DNA of 58,380 bases, the filler included, from Sphacelaria rigidula (Eukaryota): NCBI GenBank assembly GCA_964200075.2. It is 6 parts of 6 records of this genome, joined end to end, with 100 filler letters (N's around TTAATTAATTAA, not from the genome) between each part and the next. Parts side by side here need not be neighbours in the genome. Positions count along the whole stretch, not along the records: positions 48,736 to 58,380 come from CAXNAA020008044.1; 5 more parts are not named here. One strand, written 5' to 3'. The position numbers were made by a program, and so were the translations under genes. Every line of letters starts with the position of its first letter. The first letter of the stretch is position 1. The notes under the pieces are model-generated. The model was not told the DNA's origin and did not search any database. It saw only the letters and a list, made by a program, of their open reading frames with translations. Below, piece after piece: positions 49,069 to 58,380 of this stretch.

Positions 49069-49664
49069 GAAGAGGGGAGGGGGGGGGCTTTGTCAATCCC
49101 CCGGGAACGTTCAAGACGCAACGCTCCCCTCCTCCGCCCTATAGTCGTTGGTCGACTTGCATCCGTGTATCCATTGCTCTGGGTAGGTCCATCTCATGAC
49201 CGGGATTAGATTAGTCATTGCAGTCCAATCACCTCATCATTCGAAAAAAAAAAACAGAAATCGACCTGTCAATCAACCAATCAGCAATGTACATCATCGG
49301 CTGATAAATAACAACTGGGTCGTGTTCGTTCTTTATCCATCTGATCACATATGTCCAGTCTGGTCGTAAACGACTAACACGCCACCATCAAAACGACAAA
49401 ACAGTCAGTCGTTCTTCACGAACACACCTGAGGTCGTATGCATGCATGCATGTACTGCACGCTTCGTTTTCGGCTACATTGCTTCGCCCGCCCGTGCAGT
49501 TGGATCTGCTCCTACTGAACATGACAGCTTACCATGTGTTCGACCAGACATTTCGAGATCCGACGACCGCAGCTCTTCTTACTTTTTTGCTCGACAGGTA
49601 CGTGCTATACGTGGTAGTGTACCAAGGCGCGCTGCTATCTTGGTTCAAACTATGTTTTTTTAAT

Positions 49665-49675
49665 TAGTAGTAGTG

Positions 49676-49732
<57 letters not shown>

Positions 49733-49762
49733 ATATAGTAGTATAGTAGTAGTAGCAGTAGA
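49665..49762 (+). repeat. (TAG)n microsatellite, likely the tail of an upstream retroposon fragment
   Basis: Long TAG run following a T-rich end at 49655-49664. Confidence 0.9.
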
Positions 49763-49779
49763 AGTAATATTTTTCCGCG

Positions 49780-50600
49780 CATTAGTCCAATCTCTCGAAT
49801 CCGCGGTCACATGTATACTATCTGCAAAAGGGACGTCTGCCGGGGATAGACGTCGGCGTGTGATGATGCACTGCTGGTGATCGAGGCTCAGTACTCGTAC
49901 GATAACGTGCTATTGATCGTCCAGATGATCGTCAAAAGAGGCTTTCGGTTGGATATCAGGCTGTCGGCTAATGCACCGTAGCCCGGCTCTGTCTGTCGTG
50001 ATGCCCATCTTACACCTTGAAGCCGTGTTGTCGCGTTAGTGGTGAAGAATATCAAGGCACAGCTGGCGCTGGCTCCCTGATCCCCATCTTCCGGTCGAGC
50101 AATCAGCACGTGCCGCCCAGCGATGATACATGCGCAGTATATAATATAATGTAAATTCATGGGCTATCGATCGGTGCTGCCTGAGGCTTCGAAGGCGGAG
50201 GTTCATATCAATGCTCGGGCAGACACAAGAGCAAGAAGCATGGTAAAAGAGCAGATGGAGTACTTGGGCCGTCAATTCCTTTCCGGAATGCACGAGCCGG
50301 GGCAGATGATGGTTATGCTTGAGCGCAATTGACCTCCACTGTAACCGCGTTACTTCTCCGATTGGAGGCGTGTAGTTCCAAGCACCCGTCCATGTAGCCG
50401 AAATCTACCCAGAGATCCAGCGCACGTTATGCGGTCATCATATACTTGTGCTCGAGGCTCGCTAGGATACTACGAGCTGGGCCGGCCTAAATTCTGATTC
50501 AAACTGCCACAGCCATGTCTCCTCGGCGCAGATGACTTGAGCCGGTATCCGCACATCTTGTTCGTCGTTGAATCAAGGAGCAGATGCCAATCTTATGAAA
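49780..50600 (-). pseudogene. Possible decayed hAT transposase fragment
   Basis: Broken frames give a BED-finger-like LLDSTTNKMCGYRLK..GSLNQNL and VPFADSIHVTADS.DWT, resembling the first catalytic D.WT; many stops. Confidence 0.25.
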
Positions 50601-52699
50601 AGCCTCGTCAGGCGCTTCGTCGTTGCTTCAACGCCATGTAGAGTAAATACATTGACGTACGGAGATATGTCGATACTGAAGTCTTTACGAAACCTCATCA
50701 CAAAATAAGCAGCGGATGTAGACGGAATTCTTTCGCGTAAGCTTTCCTTGAGGCACCGGGAGACGATCGATACCCTCACCCTAACTATTTTTTTAATCTA
50801 TCAAGAGATGTGGCGCGCATCAGATGAAGATTTCACGCTAATACAAGGATTGCAATAAAATGCATTAGATCTGGTTTCAGCACCTCGGTTTTGACAGCTG
50901 TGCTTTGAGATTTGGTGCCGAGAATCGCAAGGGCGTAAAAACGTAGGTGGCAGGGAGGGATTGAGTTCTATTTCCTTCAATTATTCAAGGATTTTATGTC
51001 AAAAAGTCATATTGTTGTTGGTTGCTAAGTCATTATATGTATATACATATATGTTGATGCCTTGCCGTAACTTTTGAAGTATGCCCTTGCGACACTCCAT
51101 GCCAAATTTCATGGCACAACGCTCAGTGCCCCGGTGGTGTCATGGTTCAACCGTCGCCATTAGGGTGGAGAGAACGAGGGTCCGATACCCGATGCGTTGG
51201 GTTTTCTCTTCGTAGTATCTGATTTCCACCGTGGAAAGCGTGAGAACGTGACTATACAAAGTAGTCGACTGAGTGTGTTTGATGTAAGTTGACGCGGTGC
51301 GGGAGTGCTGATCCAATCCGCGAGACCAAAACGCAAGGCGTGTACCGGGGAGAGATGGGCTGATCCCCTTAGACCACGGACTCGTCCCGAGGAAGGGGAG
51401 GGGTTGAAAGTGCGACAAATAATAAAAAAATAATAAACACTCAAGACCGGGATGCTGAATCCACTTACAACCTCAAATCCGTTGCTACGGCGGCCCAGCT
51501 AGTTTGCGTGAAAATTCACAACCGTTTCGCCCCCGGTCGATGTGGGCGTAGGCGACAGAAGTGCAGCCACTGAGATGTGAGCGACAAGTCTCAGAGATGT
51601 CGGCCGATATTGTCACACCTCGGACGGCAGTAAATATATAGTGCGAGAGAGTTAGCCAACAGGGTCGCAAGCACGGCATCCCGATCATATTTGTGAAGAA
51701 ATATACAGTTTTATGTCTTGAAATTATACCTAGTCATTGCACTAGAGCCGAAAAACTGTGTTTCACGGTCAACAACACCCTCCTGATAAACGGGGTATTT
51801 ACTCGTATCGCCCGATAACACCAACTAACACTGACTCGGGCACGGTGTTTCGAGGATGATCTGTTTATTGTACCAAAATCTACCGACGCTAGCAATTTCG
51901 AGTTCTATCGAAGAGTAGTACCCGAGGAAAACCCCAAAACACCCCTGAATAGGTGGACCGCCCACTACTGTATATCTGTATACGAGCTGGGCCAGCCGAG
52001 GAGCGAATCTGTAGGTTGCAGGCCCGTTTTCACCTCAATTTTGAGAGTTGGACTTTCAAATTTGGCATGAAAAATCGACAGGGTATGTTGAAAAAAGTGA
52101 GCCTTGGAACAATGAGACTTTTTTTTCCCATGAATGCGGGGCAAAATGAATATGCAGTTTTCGGTAAAATGTCCGTAAGTCATGACAAAAAAAAAAACTC
52201 TCGAGGGTTCTTCTTTATTATGCCCTCCTGATTCTCCAACCAAACTTGAAAGTCAAACTCTCAAAAGTTAGGTGAGAGTGGGCGATTTAAAACCTGGGCC
52301 GGTGGAGACTCGGAACAGTATTTTGCACGCCTTTTACCAGGCCAGTTTTGGTGCGTGTGCTTTGACATTTTGCGTGGAGAGTCGCTAGGGGATCGTGAGG
52401 AAAAAATGGGACGTGTTGAGTTATTTATTTTCATTATTCAAGGCGTTCTACTGTAGTAAGGACCAATTTTTTACGGCAACATAGTCAACTTATGAAACAG
52501 TGAACAAAAAGTTGGAGGCCCACCTTTTTTTGGAATCAGTATGCCCTTCGATTATCCATACGAAATTTCAAAGCACAGTTTCAATAACTGGGGTGAAAAA
52601 CTGAGTAAAGGGCCAAAAAACAATGTCCATTTTTCACTAAAACGCCCCTCAGGCCACTTCTTATGTGTGAAGAACAGCATCTTGTTGAAAGGTGCCGTT

Positions 52700-55600
52700 T
52701 TGGCCCTCCTCCGTCGTTTTACGCCCGAAAAGAGGGCTAGGAGGATGATGAGACCTTGGGGTGACTCACTGAGATCGTTCCAGCGCACCTTTGCGTTTTC
52801 CGGTGGCCGCAGCTTTTTTTTGCCAGACTTGCATTTTCAATAACAAAAGGTCAAGTTATTAAAATAGTTGGCAGTTTCCCCTCTGTTTTCATCACCTGAC
52901 CGTTTGTTATTGAAAATGCAAGTTTAGCCAAACAAAAAAACCCGGCCACCGGAAAAACGCAAAGGTGCTCCCGGAGCAGCCTCAACGAGTCAAGCAAGTA
53001 ATCCCAAGTTGACAATACTTGCCTAGCCCTCTTTTCGGGCGTAAAACGACGGAGAAGGGCCCAAAAGGCAGTTCTCGACAACATTATTTTTACACATGAG
53101 AAGTGGCCTTCGGCCGCTCCCTATGACGAACAAAAAAGGAGACTTGTAAAGAAAAAAAATGTCCTTATTCGTCGCTTCACGCCCGAAAAGGCAGCTACTA
53201 TGACAGGCAGAGTTTCACACCTTGGATACTCTACTCGTTGAGACGGTTCCAGGACATCTTCACGTTTTCCGGTGGTCGCACTCTTCGTTTTGGCCCAAGA
53301 ATATTTTTGTCCAGAGACGGTCAAGTCCAAAGAAAAAAAAAATGTTCTTCCCTCTAGATTTGACTGTTCTTGATCGTCCTTGCAAAAAAATGCAAGTTGA
53401 AGCATTTTTGTCCAGAGACCGTCGAGTCTAGAGAAAATAGGCGTTTTTTCTAGATTTGACCGTTCTTGACAGTTCTTGGACAAAAGTGCAATTTTGGCCA
53501 GAAAAAAATCCCGGCCAGCGGAAAACGGGAAGATGTCCTGAAACCGCCCCAAAGAGGGGAGCAAGTCATTCCAAGGTGTCAAACTCCGCCTAGCTCTCTC
53601 TTGGAGCGTAAAACGACGAAGAAGGACCAAAACAGCATTTGTACAGGGTTTATTTTTTGCAGGGCTCTTTACTTTACACGTCACAAACGTATGTCACGAG
53701 GGTGTGACGTAATGTAACGTACGTTTTTGGAATACGTCACAAATTTGACGTAACGTACCGGTGAAAAAATGTGACGTGACGTAAGTTCAGATTTTCAATA
53801 CGTCACAGATGTGACGTGACATGACGTACTGTTTTGTATACGTAACAGTAACGTATTTTGAAACGTTTCCCGTAACGTGTAACGTATTTTATACGTTACA
53901 CGTCACAAATACGTTGCACGTCACAATAAACGTTACACGTCACCTTATTACACGTTTGTGACGTCTGAATGAACGTCACGATCGTCACACGCTCAACTTG
54001 TACCACAATTAGTGTGATATTAGCATATGTGATACTCGCATGATATGATACATACATGGGTTCAAGAAGAGTGTGCATACGTCATCATAATACGCACGCG
54101 ATGTAAGCGCAAGTTCAGCGCCACGGCAGCATGCATCACCACACCACACCCAACCATAGTATGCATTGTTTTGAGTTGTCGTGTGCCGTTTCACCTATTG
54201 GTCTCACTAGCATCAAAATATGGACTACGAAATAATCAGAGACCTTGTGCCTTTGAAGAGGTGCGAAGGGTGACATGAGCTTGTGACCTCGTGGATAAAT
54301 TTGGCGGCCCCACTGATGTTCTGTAGTTTTGTTCTTTATTTCGTTGATTCTGCTTTGTTTCCGTATGTTGGGGTTGTTTTGTTTTCCTGTTTTATGCCGT
54401 CCGCCTCTGTTCGAACGGTTTTGTGTAAGTTTTGTCTCTATTCTTGGCGCAATGAGTCATCATGTGATTCCACCTTCATGATGTCCGCCCTGCAAACGCG
54501 GCTGGATTCGTACCGGATCATCAGTTCGTGTGTACTATATATAGAATATAGATCTTCTGCATACACTCCCCGCTGAGAGGGCAAATAATTATAAAAATAC
54601 AGAATCGGAATGCTATATGTTGGATGTCCTACAAAATGACAGCCGACTACCAGGTATCACTAACGTATGATCTGTTCATACTTGCGTTTGTATGTGTACA
54701 TCACGGCCTGCGCGCATCTTGGTATCTCACTATTGATTATCGTGCATCAATAACGTACTCGTGTATTTTTTTTAACTTTCAACGTGTGAGTCAGAGACGC
54801 ATGAGTGGTACACTAGCTGAAACTGTGACGTAACTTAACGTATAACTTTTGCATACGTCACAAGTGTGTGACGTAATGTAACGTACCCGAACAAAAATGT
54901 GACGTGACGTGTAACGTGTAACGTGTAACGTAAAGAGCCTTGATTTTTTGCTCGAAATAAGGTCGCTTCTTACAGCAAATTGAAAAAAAAAAAAGTGTAA
55001 AAAAGCTATTTTGGTCCTTCTTCGTCGTTTGACGCTCCAAGAGAGAGCTAGGCGGAGTTTGACACCTTGGAATGACTTGCCACTCGTTTGAGCGGTTCCA
55101 GGGGATCTTCGCGTTTTCCGCTGGCAGCAGTATATATTTTGGCAAAACAAGCGTTTTTGTTCAGAGACGATCAAGTCCGGAGAAAAATGGCGTTCTTTTC
55201 TAGATTCGAAGGTTTTCTTGACCGTCCACGGAAAAAAAATCAAGGCTGGCCGAAGAAAAACTGCGGCCACCGGACAACGCGAAGATGTTCAAGAACCATC
55301 GCAACGAGTAGAGCAAGTCATTCCAAGGTGTCAAACTCCGCCTAGCTCTCTTTCAAGGCGTAAAACGACGAAGAAGGACCACAAGAGTATCTTTACAGGA
55401 CATTACTTTTGTTTGCTATAAGGAGCGACCTAAGAGGCTCCGCCTACTTGTCTTTCGGGGTGTGAAACGACGAAGGACCAAAAAATCCTGTAAAATTCCA
55501 GCATTGACACCTAAAAGAGAACTAGGCGGAGTTTAACACCTTGGAATGACTTGCTCCGCTCGTCGAGACGGTTCCAGCACATCTTCGCGTTTTCCGGTGG

Positions 55601-56200
55601 CCGCAGTTTTTTCCGGCCAAACAAGCATTTAGCAGCCGATCGTCGAAATTGAGGATGGAGCTTTTTATTGAGTAGGAGGACCCGGAAGACTAAATCTGCG
55701 TACCCACACCAAATCTTCAAAATATGGTTCCATTCCTTCTCTTACTGGTAGCTATTGACAACTGCTACACGCCCTACAAATTTGGATTTGGATAACCAAC
55801 ACGGTTATCGAAATCCAAATTTGCATCACGTGTAGTACTCGTAAAAAAGCTACCTGTGCGTGAAGGAATGTAACCATATTTCAAATATTTGGTGTGGGTA
55901 CGAAGATATTAATCCTCGGGGTTCTCATCCTCGATAAAAATCCATCCCCAGGTTCGATGATCGGCTGTTATTTTTGTCCAAAGACGGTCAGGTCCAGAGA
56001 AAAGTGGCATTTTTTGGGATGTGACCGTCTTTCATCACTCTCGGACGAAAATGCTTCTTCGGCCAGAGAAAAACACGGCACCATCGGAAAACGCGAACAT
56101 GTGCTGGAACCGTCTCAACGAATAGAGCAAGTAATTCCAAGGTGTCAAACTCCGCCTAATATAGCTCTCTTTTAGGGCGTAAAACGACGAAGAAGTGCCA
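52700..56200. mobile_element. Cluster of foldback MITEs built from a ~120-bp arm in alternating orientation
   Basis: Arm CGTCGTTTTACGCC.GAAAAGAG.GCTAGGCGGAGTTTGACACCTTGGAATGACTTGCTC..GAGACGGTTCCAG.ACATCTTCGCGTTTTCCGGTGGCCGCAG at ~52710(+), 52940(-), 53170(+), 53510(-), 55020(+), 55260(-), 55515(+), 56075(-). Confidence 0.85.
53660..54942. mobile_element. hAT-type non-autonomous element nested in the foldback cluster
   Basis: TIRs CAGGGCTCTTTAC / GTAAAGAGCCTTG; perfect 8-bp TSD ATTTTTTG (53652-53659, 54943-54950); dense subterminal (G)TGACGT/TAACGT repeats. Confidence 0.9.
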
Positions 56201-57815
56201 AAAAAGAATACGTACGGGGCTTTTTTTGTTTGCCCTAGGGTGCGGCCGGAGACCTTGAAAACAAAATCGAGGAGCTGCAGGGGGGGTTATTGGTATTCAA
56301 TAGCGGTTCTCTATACCAAATTTCAAAGTGCAACTCTCAAAACTGAGACGCGAAATCCATATTTAGTGCGTCTAGTTTAGTACGGAATATCATATGCACC
56401 ATATCTCCAGATAAATAACGAATTAGGTGAAGATGAGGGTATCGATTGTTTCCCCGTGCTCCAGGGATCGGATATTCATTCACAACAAAAATCGTCATCA
56501 TCCACTGTACATATATCGTCACGGGTTTCATCAAGAGTCTGTTGGGAGAAGATTTTCGGACACAGACCCCGCCCCGCCCCCTCCCCTCCCGGAGGGCAAT
56601 TTTTCGACAATTGGCATGATCTTTTTTTTCTTGTTAATATTATTATCAAGAAATTCGTCAAGAAACACTGACAAAAACCGGAAAGTCTGGTGGGCTTTGC
56701 GAGATTCGTATATTTGCTTCTGCTCCTTACAAGCTCTACCGTCCCGATGATCCCGGATGTCGGCCACCCTCACACACATGTATGCACACGAGCGCACGGT
56801 AGCGAAAGCCTGCAGCCAAAGTAGCAACTTTATCTCGTGCCTCGCCAAACTTGCCCGGACAACTGGTAGGTACCTGAGGCCTGCGACACGGAACATGATC
56901 CCATAAACGTGATCATGGTGAGTGATGAGCTTGGGGGGGCGGCGTGTCCTCCATCTCATCGGTCTCCATGCCAAGGATCCCTGTAGACGGTAGCTGACCG
57001 CACCCGCCAACGCCTTGGCAATAAACTAGGGGACAGCAAATTGGGCGTCCCCCCTCCCCTCAAAAACTCGAATTCTGGATCTTGGGATCTACGTGCCCAG
57101 AAATATATATTTTGCAGACCCCTGGTCTCATGTAGACTTTAGCATGAACCCAATCTCCATACGTCCGGTGTAGGAATTACTCGACTTGGGGTAAAATCAA
57201 CTTGAAAAAAATGGCACAGGCTCGAGCAGAGGGATGAACATCTTCCTCCTTGATTATAGTAGATTACTATGAAATATGGTGCGGATCACCGCCTAATTCG
57301 TCTGTGTCGATGAGATATGGCTGAGAGCGTATGTATATATCATGATGTTTTAGTTTTTAGGCCGGCTCAGCTCGTACTGGATGCACACGATTCAGTGTTC
57401 GGGGTGCACATCAGGTGGGTGGATGCAAAAACACGCGTATCTTTTACGAGTACGACCCCACAAACAAACGCGGCATAAATGGATTTCGGATATTCATGTG
57501 AGCTGAATCCTGTCCACACTGAGACCGGCCCCTGCTGCTTCGCACGCCGCTGCTGCCCCACCACGCCGTCATGGGCCGGGGCTGGAAGAAGAAGAGATGA
57601 CGGCACTCTTCCCCCACAAACCGCGAAGTGGTGGACACTAGAAAAATAAATCTTATGGTACGTTTGTCGTAATCGTTTCCGTGGACGCCCTAGGAGTCGT
57701 CTGTTTGCCGACGAAAAAACAAGGATGCATACCACTGAATAGTTGAGAAAAACGAAAAAATAACCGGCTAGACCTACAAGGAAAAAAGATCAGCCCTAAC
57801 AGTCGTTGCTTATGC

Positions 57816-57888
57816 AACCCCTGGCGGGACTTGAACCCGCAATCTTTGCCTTAGGAGGGCAACGCCTTATCCATTGGGCCACAGGGGC
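57816..57888 (-). tRNA. trnR-CCT: tRNA-Arg (anticodon CCT)
   Basis: 73 nt GCCCCTGTGGCCCAATGGATAAGGCGTTGCCCTCCTAAGGCAAAGATTGCGGGTTCAAGTCCCGCCAGGGGTT; all four stems pair; anticodon loop CTCCTAA; downstream Pol III terminator T6 at 57782-57787. Confidence 0.96.
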
Positions 57889-58380
57889 TTTGATCGTGGT
57901 GGTTTTGCAGAAAACTTTGTTTCTGAAACGATGCATGAACAACGCAGATACCGAATCTGAAGGTATCTGGTGAGTCTCAGCGCCATAAACCTCGCGAATC
58001 CTCCCGACCCCACATGCATCGCCACTACCCAGGAATATTGCTGTTTTGTCAGCTTTAGGGATGACGCTGTGTTGCGCGTATATATGGACTCCATCGATCA
58101 CTCCAGCAGCTCGGCGATATAGTAAATACAAGAGACTTCCCACGTCATTTTCTCTGAATGAGATACAGTAGTATTACTAGTAGCGTTTCACTCCCCGTGT
58201 TGAGCGGTGTTGTTCACCGTCCTACCTTCGCCCAGGAGAGGCCGGCTTTGTCTCGGCTCCCGTGTGTTTGTTGTACTGTACTGTACTATTGTCAGTAAGG
58301 CTGGGGGGGGGGGGGGGGGGTGGAAACCCGCGTTGTTACTATTATAACAGAGGGGTACATACACACACACAGACACACAC

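Overview
Eukaryotic, repeat-rich, intron-containing DNA; the repeat types and gene style suggest a brown alga (Phaeophyceae, Ectocarpus/kelp-like), which is an inference. The window is NOT contiguous. It is six unlinked scaffolds of decreasing length (9648, 9648, 9647, 9646, 9646, 9645 bp) joined by identical artificial 100-bp linkers (44N-TTAATTAATTAA-44N), so nothing can be inferred across linkers. Scaffold 1: a decayed minus-strand coding region, possibly a KDZ/Zisupton-type transposase, plus a possible tyrosine-recombinase retroelement end. Scaffold 2: 5' exons of a gene with weak CLC-channel-like N-terminal similarity, and a complete tRNA-derived SINE. Scaffold 3 (best finding): an intact spliced gene of about 443 aa that fuses two PhnB-like VOC/glyoxalase domains to a GyrI-like small-molecule-binding domain. 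Both are typically bacterial toxin-binding folds, and the introns carry MITEs. Scaffold 4: a decayed Ty3/Gypsy chromovirus in circularly permuted order (RT-IN-chromo-Tudor-like / single LTR / protease). Scaffold 5: a gene for a mucin-like Ser/Thr/Pro-rich protein with SBBP-type beta-propeller repeats. Scaffold 6: nested foldback and hAT MITEs plus a tRNA-Arg(CCT). A poly(C)-tailed retroposon family occurs throughout. All protein family calls come from motif recognition by eye, with no database search.
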